This document shows positions 18,536 to 30,800 of a stretch of 43,623 nt of DNA, piece by piece (positions within the stretch are counted from its first letter, which is position 1; each line of letters begins with the position of its first letter). The DNA is from Bdellovibrionales bacterium (GTDB lineage: Bacteria > Bdellovibrionota > Bdellovibrionia > Bdellovibrionales > UBA840). Location of the stretch: the NCBI GenBank assembly GCA_037969075.1, contig JBBKWS010000065.1, positions 1 through 43,623 on the forward strand, written 5' to 3'. Under the pieces are notes generated by a model. That model was not told where the DNA came from and searched no databases. It was given only the letters and a program-made list of their open reading frames with translations. The translations under genes and the position numbers were made by a program.

Positions 18536-21500
18536 AGAAATTTGTCGCGTTTATAATTATTACCGCTACTTTTTTCACTGCCGGGTTCATTTATGAATTC
18601 CACTACCCTAGATTAAAGCAATGGGTAAAAACAAAGATATATCTAGAATCATATGATAATTTGCCTGTATTAATTGAACTCAATGATCTTGAGCTAAGCC
18701 CATTCACTTTAAGCGCTAAGTTGCAAGATGTCACTTTAAGCCCTAAAAAAGATTTATCAAAACATATTTCTCCTATAAAAATAAAATCTGTGGATATTAG
18801 GGTAAGCTTGATTTCATTACTACTGGGTCGCTTTGAAATTAGTCGTGTTCATATAGATCAACCGGTAATGTCTTTAATCTACACACAGAAAAAAAACACT
18901 TCTCCCTTTGTAATGCCTGATATTGACTTCAACACACTCTTAAAGACACCCATCGACGAATTAAAAATTACAGGCGGTCAGTTGTTAGCTCGCTTAGACA
19001 ACATCAACCAGTCTTTAGCAGTACACCCCGTAAATTTAAATTTACATAAGGGTTTTACATCTATTTTCTTAGAATTAGATTTGCCCGTAATAAAATTAAA
19101 AGAAAAAAATAATAAAGATTCCCTCACGGCATTTGGTCTATACACAAAATTAAGTATTTCATCCAAAAATACAAAATTAATAGATTTTAGAATCAAAAAA
19201 GATGACTCCTTTGCTGTCGCAAAAGGAGAGGCTTCGGGCAACCCTTTAAAGCTTCAGTTCAAATCACCTACTCTTCTATCTAGCTGGAATATAAAATTAG
19301 ATACCATAAAAGAATCTATCGCCGCATATCAAAAAAACATAGATCTGCCTGAGATGACAGGAAACTTTGAGGGAAGTGTAAATATGGTTGGCGCACAAAT
19401 GAATAAGTTCGCACTAAACTCAAAATTAACTAATTTTACTGTAAAAGGTTTTGATATAGGCGACATAGGCATTGAAGGATCACTTGATAACAAAGTTGCC
19501 CAGATTGATATTACGGCAAAGAATGACTTACAGCAGATTGAGGCAAATAAAGTAAAGCTATACTTAGATGAGCATTACTCTTTTGAGAGCAATATCAACA
19601 TTAAGTCCTTCGAGTTAAGACAATTTCTTCGGCAACTGAAAGTTAACAATGTACCGTTAAAACTACAGGCCAACGGAAGCTTCCCCTGCTCTGGCGTAGT
19701 TCTACCCAAGTTTTATGCGAACTGCGAAGGTGATATGACCGTATCAGATTTTTATGTTCATGGTTCTAATCCCAAAAAAAACATCGTCGCTGTAAAAGGT
19801 TTAAAGGCTAAGGGCACTCTACATGTTAATACAAAGTTTATTGTAATTGATGCCGGATTAAAATTGGGAAATTCCAGCGGAAAAGCCAACGCTCACGTTG
19901 ATTTTTCAAGTGGCTACAAAGTCGACTATTCTAGCGATAATTTTAACATAGAAGACATTGCAGAAATTGCTGGGTTAAGCATAAGTGGTAAAACTAAAAT
20001 CAGTGGATCGACTGAGGGTAATTCTAGCAAAGGCATTTTCAATATACAAACTGATGCCAAAAATGCATACTTTGAAAAGATTTATTTAGGAAATTTAAAA
20101 ACAAATTTATCCTACGCTAGCCCCTATCTTAAATTAGATAATATTACTGGGGATATCGATACTACCAGTTATAATGGTCAGCTAACCATCAATTTTGATC
20201 ACGATACGCTTGATTTAAAAGTCAATACTACAAATTTTAACTTGTCATACCTGCCAAAGATACTTGAAGGTAAAATACAAATGCCTCTTAAATTAGCTGG
20301 CAGTGGTGGGTTACAAGCACATATTTATGGTCCACTAAGAATTGATAAGCTTAATTATGATGTAAAGGGACAGCTTCAAAGAATCCTAATTGGGAAAGAG
20401 AGCATCGACTTTATCAAGCTAAATACAAATAGCGCAAATGGCATTATTGGATTAACAGGCACTGAGCTTACAAAATCAAGATCAAAAGTATTGTTATCCG
20501 GAGGTATTACAACAGATGGAAAAATGGACGTCATCATTACAGGCACTGACATTAGAGTAGAAGAATCTGAAACCTTAAGAAGCTTTACACAAAATCTTAA
20601 TGCAACAATGAACTTAAGTGGAAAGCTAAAAGGCCTAATCTATAAGCCCGATGTTGAGGCGCAACTAGAAATTAAGCAAAGTAATATTGGTAGCACATAC
20701 TACAAGACTGGCGCCATAGAATTTAAGGGCACTCGTGAATCAGGTATTACAAGAGTCAAACTATTCGACAATCAACTGGTTGGCAATCTTCAGTGGAACT
20801 ACGACACTAAGACACCTTTATTAATTGAAGCTATTTTTAACAATTGGGATTACTCCCCTATTTTCTCATTATTCTCAGCTAAAAACGAGCGAGAAGGATA
20901 CAAGGCTAATATTAACGGAAAAACTTATATACAATATGATTTGAATAATTTTATGAACTCTAAAGTTACTTTAGATATCAATAAGTTTTTATTGGCTCGA
21001 GGTATTCTTGAGCTTAGAAATAAAGACACTATGCACCTTCTCTATGACAAGAACGGTTTGATTTTGAAGAATTTTGAATTAGAAGGCAATAATTCACGAA
21101 TTGTTTGGATTTCTAATAGCACAAAAACTCGTGAAATATCTCTAAAAGGTAGAGGGCATATTAATCTGGCTCTTCTTTCTTTCTTAACCCCCTTCTTAAA
21201 TGATGTTAGGGGATTATTTACCTTCCAATCGAATCTAACAATGAACTCAAAGTCTTTTGAAGCACTTGGAACAGCGAAAGTTACCGATGGATTTGCAAAG
21301 TTAAATGAATTTCCTGTCCCGTTCGAAAAAATTGATGCAGACTTTTCTTTTAGTCAAAATAAAATTGCAATCAATAGATTTCGTTCTGAATTTGGCGGAG
21401 GACTAATCCGAGGGAGTGGAAATATATCTGTAAATGGAGTACAAAACATCCCTGTCCGCATAGAAAGTGTTGTTGATAACGCTAACATCCAACTATCAAA

Positions 21501-22461
21501 GGGTTTAGAATTATTAACTTCCGGTAACCTCGTACTAAGTGGAAATTGGTTTCCTTATATTTTAAAAGGCAACTTGGATATCAAGAAAGGCTTAATTTCT
21601 CAAGATAATGCCGAGACTAAAAGTAAGCTAAGAAAAAGTTATCTGCTGCCAGATCTATTAAAAAAACAAGAGGTTAATCCAATAGAACTAGATATCTCTG
21701 CAAATCTGTTGGGCAGAAATATTAAAGTTGTGAATGAGTTTGTAAATACTAGCATTGGGGGCCGTCTTCAAATTACTGGAAACCCAAGTAAACCTACTTT
21801 AAATGGAAACATTACCCAAGCAGATAAAGGTTTTATTCAATTTATCGATAATAAATTTGATATAGATAATATGAATGTAAATTTTAATAATGACCAATCA
21901 ATGAACCCAAATCTGTATGTTCTAGCAAATACACGCGTAAAAGAATACGATGTAACAATGACTGTTGGTGGAACCTTACAAGATATTCAACCAAGTTTTA
22001 CAAGCCAGCCACCTCTTAATGAAGCCGATATCATAACACTTTTAACCTTGGGATACACCCAATCTGGATTGGCTGAGGAGCAAGGAGAAGGCAACGGCGG
22101 AGGAAATGCAATTGGCTTAGGCTCTGCCATCATCAATAGAAATCCATTAAATAAAGAAATTGAAGATAAGACTGGAATTTCTTTACGATTTAATTCTGCT
22201 GTTGATAGCTCAGATGAAAATATCACTGTACCAAAAGTTGAGGTCTCAAAGAAGTGGGGCAGTAGATTAGAAACTAAGGCCAGCAGAACATTCGGAAAAA
22301 CATTAAAAAATGATGCAAAAGTGCAATATAAAATTAATGATAAAGTTTCGGTAATTGGTAGCTGGGAATATGAAAATAGTACTGAAAATAGTGAGTTTAA
22401 TAATAATGATAAAGAAGATGTCTTTGGCGTCGACTTAGAATATAAGATTGAGTTCAAATGA
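18532..22461 (+). CDS. tamB: TamB/AsmA-like translocation and assembly module protein
   Basis: N-terminal TM anchor; long beta-taco-like body; DUF490-like C-terminus (P.L...A, FTSQPPLNEADIITLLTLG, GVDLEYKIEFK); coupled to an Omp85 gene. Confidence 0.88.
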   Translation: MKKFVAFIIITATFFTAGFIYEFHYPRLKQWVKTKIYLESYDNLPVLIELNDLELSPFTLSAKLQDVTLSPKKDLSKHISPIKIKSVDIRVSLISLLLGRFEISRVHIDQPVMSLIYTQKKNTSPFVMPDIDFNTLLKTPIDELKITGGQLLARLDNINQSLAVHPVNLNLHKGFTSIFLELDLPVIKLKEKNNKDSLTAFGLYTKLSISSKNTKLIDFRIKKDDSFAVAKGEASGNPLKLQFKSPTLLSSWNIKLDTIKESIAAYQKNIDLPEMTGNFEGSVNMVGAQMNKFALNSKLTNFTVKGFDIGDIGIEGSLDNKVAQIDITAKNDLQQIEANKVKLYLDEHYSFESNINIKSFELRQFLRQLKVNNVPLKLQANGSFPCSGVVLPKFYANCEGDMTVSDFYVHGSNPKKNIVAVKGLKAKGTLHVNTKFIVIDAGLKLGNSSGKANAHVDFSSGYKVDYSSDNFNIEDIAEIAGLSISGKTKISGSTEGNSSKGIFNIQTDAKNAYFEKIYLGNLKTNLSYASPYLKLDNITGDIDTTSYNGQLTINFDHDTLDLKVNTTNFNLSYLPKILEGKIQMPLKLAGSGGLQAHIYGPLRIDKLNYDVKGQLQRILIGKESIDFIKLNTNSANGIIGLTGTELTKSRSKVLLSGGITTDGKMDVIITGTDIRVEESETLRSFTQNLNATMNLSGKLKGLIYKPDVEAQLEIKQSNIGSTYYKTGAIEFKGTRESGITRVKLFDNQLVGNLQWNYDTKTPLLIEAIFNNWDYSPIFSLFSAKNEREGYKANINGKTYIQYDLNNFMNSKVTLDINKFLLARGILELRNKDTMHLLYDKNGLILKNFELEGNNSRIVWISNSTKTREISLKGRGHINLALLSFLTPFLNDVRGLFTFQSNLTMNSKSFEALGTAKVTDGFAKLNEFPVPFEKIDADFSFSQNKIAINRFRSEFGGGLIRGSGNISVNGVQNIPVRIESVVDNANIQLSKGLELLTSGNLVLSGNWFPYILKGNLDIKKGLISQDNAETKSKLRKSYLLPDLLKKQEVNPIELDISANLLGRNIKVVNEFVNTSIGGRLQITGNPSKPTLNGNITQADKGFIQFIDNKFDIDNMNVNFNNDQSMNPNLYVLANTRVKEYDVTMTVGGTLQDIQPSFTSQPPLNEADIITLLTLGYTQSGLAEEQGEGNGGGNAIGLGSAIINRNPLNKEIEDKTGISLRFNSAVDSSDENITVPKVEVSKKWGSRLETKASRTFGKTLKNDAKVQYKINDKVSVIGSWEYENSTENSEFNNNDKEDVFGVDLEYKIEFK

Positions 22462-25244
22462 TTGTAATATTATTTTTTCTAAATTTTTTATCTTTTTCTA
22501 ATACATTGGACCTCAGTAGTCTAGATGGATCTATCACTAAAGAATTGGTGAAAGATTATAAGGATCTATTAGCCCCTCCATTAAATAAATCAAAAATTGA
22601 TGATATTTTACGAGTAATATACACAAACAAAAAATACCGGACAGTCAGAGCAGTTGAGCAAAAAAAAGATGGGAAAACAACATACAAAATTATCACAGAG
22701 ACAATCCCCCAAATTTCAAAAGTTGAGTATACAGGAAAACTGGAATTTAGTGAGAGTGTACTTGCTAATATCACTCAGATTCAATCTGGTGAAAATTTTG
22801 ATACGTATAAGCTAAGAGCCGCAATAGATAGATTAAAAGAGTTTTATAGAAAAAATGCTTATTTATCCGTAGAGATAGACTCACAATTAGAATTCACAGG
22901 AGAAAATCGAATCATCCGGTTTTTAATTAAAAGTAATGGGCAATCAAAGATCTCTAGCATTTTCTTTAAAACAAAAAATAAGGAACTAAGCAAGCGATTA
23001 GAGTCTGTGGCTAAATCATACAGTGATGACCCATTCACTGAACAAAATATTGTTGAGTTACAAAATGAAATAAAAAAATATTTAATTAACAAAAAGCATT
23101 ACACTGCTAGAGTATCCGACCCAAATTTCGAGTTTCTAGAAAAATCAAGAACTGTAAATATTAGTTATCAAATCACTGAGGATTACTTATTTAATTTAAT
23201 ATTTGAAGGTAATAAAAAAATGTCCTCCAACAAGTTAGTATCAGCTTTAAACTTTAATGATGGTGACAAACTAGGGGTAAACCCTGCATCGGACATTCGA
23301 GAACGCCTGAGAAGTTTCTACAAGAAGAATGCCTTTGCTAACATACAAATTAGCACTACTCAGAGTTTTGATAAAGATCATTCCACTTATAAAATAAAAC
23401 TTAATATAGACGAGGGCGATGCCATTAAAGTTAAATCATATAATTTTGATGGGGCTATATCTCACTCAGGAGATTATTACGCTAATTTTATTAGAAACAA
23501 CTCTGGAAGTTTATTAAAAGATGATCTTTATAGTGCTGAAGAACTTGAGGTTGGACTTGTAAATCTTGTCACACATTTACAAAATCAAGGTTTTTTAATG
23601 GCAAAGATTTTAACAAGCAGAGCTAATTACTCTGAAGAAAAATCTGAAGTCGCTATTTTTATTCGTATTGATGAGGGGCCAATTAGTATCCTGCAGCAAG
23701 TTAATTTTGCAGGCACAAGTAGGTTTTCTAAAGAGATTCTTTTAAAACATATCGACTTAGTCGAAGGCAAGGCCTTGCAATTAGAAAAAGTAGAAAGAAG
23801 TTTTGAGGCCTTGTCCGATTTTTATAAAGAAAGAGGGTACTTAGAAGTTGAAGTCGAAACGGATAATTCAAATTTTATTACCTATTATGATAATTACACC
23901 AAAGCCAGTCTCAATTACAAAATTAAAGAAGGGGATCAGATTGTAGTCCAAAATATTGCTGTAACCGGTAATTCTATGACAAAAGAATATGTCATTTTGA
24001 AGTCTTTAGACTTCAAAGAAAATGATGTATTGACCTTAGAAAAAGTGAGGGAGTCAGAGGCTCAATTGAAGCGTTTGGGTTTATTCTCTAGTATTAATAT
24101 CTCAATTATCCCCTCACCTAGCCCAAGAAGAGTTGTTACTGTAAGTGTATCTGAAAGATACCCAGGAACTCTCACCTTTGGAGCTGGTGTAAGTAATGAG
24201 CTTGAACTTACCTTTAGAGGATACACAGGATTGGCTTATCGAAATCTGTTTGGAACAGCTAGAGCTGTACAAGGCAGGTTTCAACTTAAATCAAATATCA
24301 AAGTTACCGATTTCTTAGATTATAAGGCTAATGCAAGTTATCTTGAGCCCTTCTTGTTTGGCTCTAAAACAAAAGGTAAAGTAAATGTTACCAATAGCCA
24401 GGAATTAACTGGCACAAGCGGATCCGACCTGGAGGCTTTAGAAACATCAGCTATTACATTTAGTCTAGAAAGAGATTTATCTAGATTTTTAAAGTTAAGT
24501 TGGAAACTTTGGGGACTTGAAATTAATAAGAAATTTGAAGTAGATGACAATGGCGATAAATCAAACGAAGAGCACCGCCGTATTGCTGAAATCGGTCCAA
24601 CCATTGAGTTAGATTACAGGGATAACCCGTTTGTTCCAAAGCACGGTACATACACTCGTTTAAATTTAGATTACTCGTCTCCAGATTTTGGTAGTACCGA
24701 AGGCGACAAGATACAACCAGGCGCCAAGGAAGTTAAATACCTAAAGGCCTCTATGCAATTCAACCAATACCTCCCATTTTTTAGCAATGAGGATGTTACA
24801 TTTGCCTACTCCCTTCGTACTGGCTACTTAGTGAATAAAGGAACAAAGGGATTTTCAGCTGTACCGCAAGAAAAAATGTTCTTTCTTGGTGGTTTGACGA
24901 CTATTAGAGGTTTCGAAAATAATAGCGTACCCAATCCCGATGCACTTGTTGAGGCTGGAGATGTTTTTCCATCTCTATTGACAGAATCAACATACTACCT
25001 TGTGAAAACTGAAGTTAGAATTCCTGTTTACAAAAACTTTGGCACCGCATTATTCTATGATGGTGGTGGCGTAAGGGTAAAAGGTAAAGATTTTGACGAT
25101 GAATATAGAGATGCTATAGGCTTGTCGCTTCAAATATTGACTCCAATTGGGGCTATTAATCTTGGATATGGTTATAAACTAGACCGTAACTTTAAAAATA
25201 ATGAGTCTGAGGGAGAAATATTTTTCTCGATTGGTGATTTTTAA
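22458..25244 (+). CDS. Omp85-family outer-membrane assembly protein (BamA/TamA-like) with about 7 POTRA domains
   Basis: Repeated POTRA motifs (FY...GY, I.EG), LGLFSSI, DYRDNPFVP..G, GG..TIRGF, FYDGG, TPIGAI, C-terminal FFSIGDF. Confidence 0.9.
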   Translation: MIVILFFLNFLSFSNTLDLSSLDGSITKELVKDYKDLLAPPLNKSKIDDILRVIYTNKKYRTVRAVEQKKDGKTTYKIITETIPQISKVEYTGKLEFSESVLANITQIQSGENFDTYKLRAAIDRLKEFYRKNAYLSVEIDSQLEFTGENRIIRFLIKSNGQSKISSIFFKTKNKELSKRLESVAKSYSDDPFTEQNIVELQNEIKKYLINKKHYTARVSDPNFEFLEKSRTVNISYQITEDYLFNLIFEGNKKMSSNKLVSALNFNDGDKLGVNPASDIRERLRSFYKKNAFANIQISTTQSFDKDHSTYKIKLNIDEGDAIKVKSYNFDGAISHSGDYYANFIRNNSGSLLKDDLYSAEELEVGLVNLVTHLQNQGFLMAKILTSRANYSEEKSEVAIFIRIDEGPISILQQVNFAGTSRFSKEILLKHIDLVEGKALQLEKVERSFEALSDFYKERGYLEVEVETDNSNFITYYDNYTKASLNYKIKEGDQIVVQNIAVTGNSMTKEYVILKSLDFKENDVLTLEKVRESEAQLKRLGLFSSINISIIPSPSPRRVVTVSVSERYPGTLTFGAGVSNELELTFRGYTGLAYRNLFGTARAVQGRFQLKSNIKVTDFLDYKANASYLEPFLFGSKTKGKVNVTNSQELTGTSGSDLEALETSAITFSLERDLSRFLKLSWKLWGLEINKKFEVDDNGDKSNEEHRRIAEIGPTIELDYRDNPFVPKHGTYTRLNLDYSSPDFGSTEGDKIQPGAKEVKYLKASMQFNQYLPFFSNEDVTFAYSLRTGYLVNKGTKGFSAVPQEKMFFLGGLTTIRGFENNSVPNPDALVEAGDVFPSLLTESTYYLVKTEVRIPVYKNFGTALFYDGGGVRVKGKDFDDEYRDAIGLSLQILTPIGAINLGYGYKLDRNFKNNESEGEIFFSIGDF

Positions 25245-25266
25245 ATTAGGCATGTTATAATTAAAT

Positions 25267-25581
25267 ATGGCAAAATCGAATACCAAAGAAAAATCTGAAT
25301 TAGACTATGCTGAAGAAACTCGAACTAAAAAACCTCGATTATTTAAAGTACTGATTCTCAATGATGACTACACCCCTATGGAGTTTGTAGTTCATGTTCT
25401 TACTAAGTTTTTTCAAAAAGATGAAGAAGGAGCGACTCGAGTAATGCTTGAAGTCCATCACAAAGGCTCAGGTATCGCTGGAGTATTCACAAAAGATATC
25501 GCAGAAACAAAAGTATTGTTAGTAAACCAATATGCAAAAAATCATGAACACCCACTAAAAACAATTGCGGAGCCAGAATGA
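25267..25581 (+). CDS. clpS: ATP-dependent Clp protease adaptor ClpS
   Basis: [34 protein letters not shown]. Confidence 0.97.
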   Translation: MAKSNTKEKSELDYAEETRTKKPRLFKVLILNDDYTPMEFVVHVLTKFFQKDEEGATRVMLEVHHKGSGIAGVFTKDIAETKVLLVNQYAKNHEHPLKTIAEPE

Positions 25582-27794
25582 CCTTACATCCCGATTTAGA
25601 GCTTCATATTAGTCTTACCGTTAACCAAGCTATAAAAATGAAATATGAAATAGTCACCATTGACCAATTGGTTTTAGAGTTACTAAACGATGATAGAGTT
25701 AAAACTTTATTAAAAACATGTAAAGTTGATCTAAATAGATATAAAACTAATTTAGAGTCGTTTGTCGATGCGAATACGCCTAAAATTCCTGCCACTGAGC
25801 CGGCCGTTAACCCGCAGATTAGTGTGGGTCTACAAAGAGTACTACAGCGAGCCTGGTCACAAGCGATGAGCTCAGGGAAATCAGAAGTAATGCCTACTGA
25901 CATTATTGTATCCATCTACTCTGAGACGGATTGTCAGGCACATTTTTATCTAGAAGATACTGAAAAGCTATCTAAGGTAAAGCTATTACAGACTATCTCT
26001 CATTCTAGTATTTCTGGACAACTAAAAGATGAAGATACGACCACAATGGGCGGCGGAGAATCTGCTTTAGATACATATTGCGTTAACCTAAATAGATTTC
26101 TAAAAAAACATCCTCATGCTGTGGTTGCTAGGCCAGACTATCAGGAGCGGTTGATAGGGATATTAGCCAGGAAGACTAAGAACAACCCTTTAATATTAGG
26201 AGAACATGGGGTTGGAAAGACCTATTTAATATATTCATTGGCCTACTCTATTATTGAAAATAAGATGCCTAGCTTTTTAAAAGGAACTGAAATTTACTTA
26301 TTAGAGGCTGGTCTACTTATCGCTGGCGCTAAATTTAAGGGTGAATTAGAAGAGCGTTTTTTACAAATCATTAAAGAATTAGAGGGGCTAGATCACAAGG
26401 TCATTTTATTTATTGATGATATTCATCAAGTCCTTTCATCATCAAGCACTCAATCAACTGGTACTGATGTATCAGCACTTCTTAAGCCCACACTTATGAA
26501 AGGGAATATTTCGGTTATTGCAACATCGACTTTTAGAGATCTGAAGAACACATTCGAAAAAAATAAAACTTTAAATCGTTATTTTCAAAAAGTTGAACTC
26601 ACTGAACCTAACGATGAGATTTGCATTGAAATACTAACCGAACAGGCAAAAATTTTAAGCGCACATCACCTACTTAAAATTTCAGATACGTTGATAGAAA
26701 AGTCAGTGGCCCTTTCTAAAAGATTTATATTTGATCGTTTTCTACCAGATAAGGCCATCGATGTTTTAGATGAAGCATGTGCTCTATTTAAATTAAAAAA
26801 TCCTACAGCTAAATCGTTAACAGACGCGGCCCTAGAAGATGCGGTTTCAAAAATCACTTCTATACCAAGTCAGAATTTAACAAAAGATGACAAGAAGTCT
26901 CTTCAGCATCTTGAGGACCATTTGCGACTTGTTATTTACGGACAAGATGAAGCTATAAAAAAAGTAGCCTCATCTATAAAAAATGCTAGAGCCGGCCTAC
27001 AAAGAGAAAATAAACCTATAGGATCATTTTTATTTGCTGGTCCAACAGGTGTCGGCAAAACCGAATTAGCCAGAGCTCTATCAAAACAACTGAACTTAAA
27101 ATTTACAAAATTTGATATGAGTGAATACATAGAAAAGCATGCTGTTTCAAGGCTAGTTGGTGCTCCCCCAGGTTACGTTGGGTACGAAGAGGGTGGGTTA
27201 TTAACAGATGCCATCTCTAAAACTCCTTATTCATTAATACTCATGGACGAAATTGAAAAAGCGCACCCTGATCTTATTAATATCCTTTTGCAAATCATGG
27301 ATGATGCTGCCATTACAGACTCTAATGGTAAAAAAGTAGATTGCCGTAACATTGTTCTTATTATGACAACTAATGCCGGTGCTGTGGATATGACAAAAGG
27401 TTCTATGGGTATTATTCGTGACCAACTGCAGCCGTTTAACATGGATATGATCAAGAAAGCATTCACACCTGAGTTTTTGAATAGACTAGATGCGGTTATT
27501 CCATTTAAGCACTTATCTAAAGACAGATTATTACAAGTGATTGAAAAGTTCTTGCTCGAACTGCAAGCTCAATTAAAAGAAAAGGCTATTGATTTTACAT
27601 ACTCGCCTGAAGTTTTAGAAAATCTTTATGCAGAGAACTTTGACCTTGCATACGGCGCCCGGCCTTTTTACCGCATCATTCAAGAAAAAATTAAAACACC
27701 GCTTATCGATGAGATACTCTACGGTAAATTAGAAGATGGCGGTAAGGTTGTAGTCAGTCTTGATAATAATAAAATCACATTTACTTTTAATTAA
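25578..27794 (+). CDS. clpA: ATP-dependent Clp protease ATP-binding subunit ClpA
   Basis: [68 protein letters not shown]; follows clpS; no ClpB middle domain. Confidence 0.93.
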   Translation: MTLHPDLELHISLTVNQAIKMKYEIVTIDQLVLELLNDDRVKTLLKTCKVDLNRYKTNLESFVDANTPKIPATEPAVNPQISVGLQRVLQRAWSQAMSSGKSEVMPTDIIVSIYSETDCQAHFYLEDTEKLSKVKLLQTISHSSISGQLKDEDTTTMGGGESALDTYCVNLNRFLKKHPHAVVARPDYQERLIGILARKTKNNPLILGEHGVGKTYLIYSLAYSIIENKMPSFLKGTEIYLLEAGLLIAGAKFKGELEERFLQIIKELEGLDHKVILFIDDIHQVLSSSSTQSTGTDVSALLKPTLMKGNISVIATSTFRDLKNTFEKNKTLNRYFQKVELTEPNDEICIEILTEQAKILSAHHLLKISDTLIEKSVALSKRFIFDRFLPDKAIDVLDEACALFKLKNPTAKSLTDAALEDAVSKITSIPSQNLTKDDKKSLQHLEDHLRLVIYGQDEAIKKVASSIKNARAGLQRENKPIGSFLFAGPTGVGKTELARALSKQLNLKFTKFDMSEYIEKHAVSRLVGAPPGYVGYEEGGLLTDAISKTPYSLILMDEIEKAHPDLINILLQIMDDAAITDSNGKKVDCRNIVLIMTTNAGAVDMTKGSMGIIRDQLQPFNMDMIKKAFTPEFLNRLDAVIPFKHLSKDRLLQVIEKFLLELQAQLKEKAIDFTYSPEVLENLYAENFDLAYGARPFYRIIQEKIKTPLIDEILYGKLEDGGKVVVSLDNNKITFTFN

Positions 27795-27818
27795 AAATGG
27801 GGGCAATCGCCCCCATTT
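27795..27818. terminator. Bidirectional intrinsic terminator
   Basis: AAATGGGGGC-AATC-GCCCCCATTT perfect 10-bp stem between convergent clpA and protease genes. Confidence 0.8.
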
Positions 27819-27839
27819 AGATTTTCTCTTTTACCTAGT

Positions 27840-30800
27840 TTATTGTTTATATTCTGGATGAGCCTCGTAAAATATTTGGTTCAATAACCTAACATTACTT
27901 AACATCAAGCCATAATGACGGGTCATCGTGTTCTTCTGCAAGACACGAGATGACTCACCAAATGCCTCTGATAAATCCGGCATCATACTAAGCATAGTCA
28001 TTAACAATGGCTCTTGCTTTGATACTCTTTCTACTAAGTTAGATCTAAGCTCTAACTGAGTTTGAAAAGTTGCAGCATCTGGACCACCAGGTTTTCCTAC
28101 TTGTAACTCCATTGCATTTAACTCTTGTGCAAATGACACCACTGTCATAATCAAGTCAGAAACAGTATTGAAATCTTTATTTTCAACCGTTGCGGGCATT
28201 TTAGCTAGCTCAGCATTGATCTTCCCGATCTCTGCCACTACTTCAGCATCATCACCAGCACGTCCTTCTAATTGAAGTGAAAACCACTTCTCAAGTGCAG
28301 GAGTTAACTTCTTTGCTTTTTTATGTATCTGAGCTAATGCATCCAAGTTATCAATCACTGATTTCGAAGACTCACTCGATGGGTCAGTAAAGTACTTTAA
28401 AATTGTCTGACTTGATAGTGTGTCATTTAAACCTGCTACATGAACTACCTTCTTAGCTGTTGGCACTTTAAAGCCGCTTAAGACTCTGAAGAAAGAAGAT
28501 AAGTTGTCTTTTTCTTCTAGGCCGTTCACATCTAAAAATTGTATCGCACCTAAAATTGCATAGGCTCGCACCGACTCTGTTACACTAGAAGCTAAAGTCC
28601 CAGGTAGCATAAATACTTGCCCGTTGATTGGATTATGCGCAAGTGCAGGCATTTGATTTTGCATAATAGCCTTTAAAAAAGCCATTGTCGGCCCGTCTGC
28701 TGCGCTCTCACCTTCCTCAAGTAGAACCATTCTTTCAACTTCTGGAAACGAAGTTCTCAATGAGACCTGCTCGTATCTCTTAAATCCAAAACTTCTCTCT
28801 GTTAGGGCAATCAAAGCTATGATCTTGTCATACTCGATCCCTCGTACAGCTAGCGCATCAGTACCGTCACCAGCAGCTTTGTCCTCTGTTCTTTTAAGCT
28901 CTACAGGCACGCTTACTCGTACCAACTTACCGTTAAGATTCATTTGCGTTTCAGCTCTGATAAACCTTTCTTCATCTGTGCTGTTCGGCAATAAATCTGG
29001 AGCCCCAATTACTGATTGGAAGAACTGCATACCATTAATAGCTGCCTGTAAGTGAGGAATGTATTCACTACTTTCTTTTCCACTAATTGCTAAATAAAGA
29101 CCCTCTTCCAAAAACTGTCTAATTCGAATGAAGTCAGTGAAAAGTCGTCCTATGTAATTACCCGCATTCCAGTAGTCAAAATTGATTCGATCCAATCGAA
29201 AGTTTCTATATCCGTAAGTAGATCTGTACTCTTTTATAATATTATTCACCACTTCAGTAGGGCTAGCGCCCAAGTCAAAACGATTACAAGTAGGATTTAC
29301 TCCGGCATCTTCGTCAGAGCAAAACATATACTTTTTAAGAGGAATTCTAGTAAGCACTTCCTCGTTAAGTTTCAACCAAGATGTAATTCCAAGCTCTTTT
29401 TTGTAATCATCAACATGGATATACTTTTTAGCTACAATCTTCTTAGTGTCACTAATTCTACTAAGACCTTCATCCGTTAACTCAAGTAATCCTGTGTAGG
29501 CCGAACGAAGAGCTGCCACATCATACGGACCAAGTCCGTCATACGTCATATGATCAGTAGTCATATAATCCATTACTGATGAATAATCTCTCTTAGATGT
29601 ATCTGCTTCGTTAAACTTAAAATTGGCTTTATCGTAAGAGCCGATAAAGTTATGTCTTAAACCTAAGTTGTGACCAATCTCATGTGCAAGAGTTGGTTTA
29701 TAGATTCTTACTAAAAGCTCAACATCTGTCATCTCATCTTCGCTTTTAGCAATTTCATCTACAAGCGCAGTAAGATTAGCATCACTAACATCAAGTGCAC
29801 ACAGATTAGACTTAGCGAGATTTCTTTTTACCTTGTCGCTAATTCGGCTTTGCGCAGCCAATGCAGCAATTTTACTTCTTTGACGATTAAACCTTTCACC
29901 TAAAAACTTTAAAGACTTTTCATTGTAAATACTAGCAACCATGGCTGCATTCTGTACATCACCGCTAGTCGCAGCATCACGCAGTGTTTCTAAAATTGCT
30001 AGAACATCTGGAGTTAATGTAGATTCAAGCGCTCTTGTCCCTAAACGTACAGCCGACATTCCTGCGCTGTAGTGTCTGGCATTTCTTGGTGCGAAATGAT
30101 TGATTCGCTCGTTTAGATTAGTAATCACAAGAGCAGGATCCACTCTATCATCAGAGACAGACTGCAGAACTTGCTCCCCTGGTCCTGTAGGGATATCTTG
30201 TACCGCGCCTCCGATGCCATCAGCATCTTCAGATTCGGCAGCAACCTCCCCTAAAACTTGGACTTGTCCCATGATTTGATTGTAGCTTTTCTTTACTCTA
30301 GCTAAGCGCTTAAGATGATCAACATAAGTCTTAGTGTTTCCACCGTATAGAAATACAGATCCTGCCTCAACTCTTCCTGATCTTGGGTTTGAATGTGACC
30401 CTCCAAGTCCAAGTAAACCTGCATTACTGGCTTTTTGCACATAGTAAATATAGTTACGATCTATATCGCCCAGTTCGCCTTTTGCTACATCTTCACCCTC
30501 GATGGCAAGCTCAATCACATTGTCTTCTCTTGCTAAACTAGAATGGGCTAAGGCCTGTCTAAAGCCTTTATTTAAATCATCAATCACTTCTTGAGTAGCT
30601 TTAATGATGGCATTTCGTTCAGTGATATTGCTATCAGGTAGACCACCAAGCACGTACTTAATTTTTTTGCCATTTTTAATATCAAAAACAGCAGGAAGTG
30701 GAATTTTACTACCATCATTACCAACACTGCCTAAATCATTAGGATTGTTTTTAGAAAATGTAAACAGACCGAACCCTAAAAGTTTTTGTGCTGTGTACGG

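Noticed and set aside
21987-22457. Antisense ORFs within tamB and other core genes (e.g. 5648..6052, 10099..10449, 34299..34775)
   Set aside because: Fully nested opposite well-supported genes with no independent coding signals.
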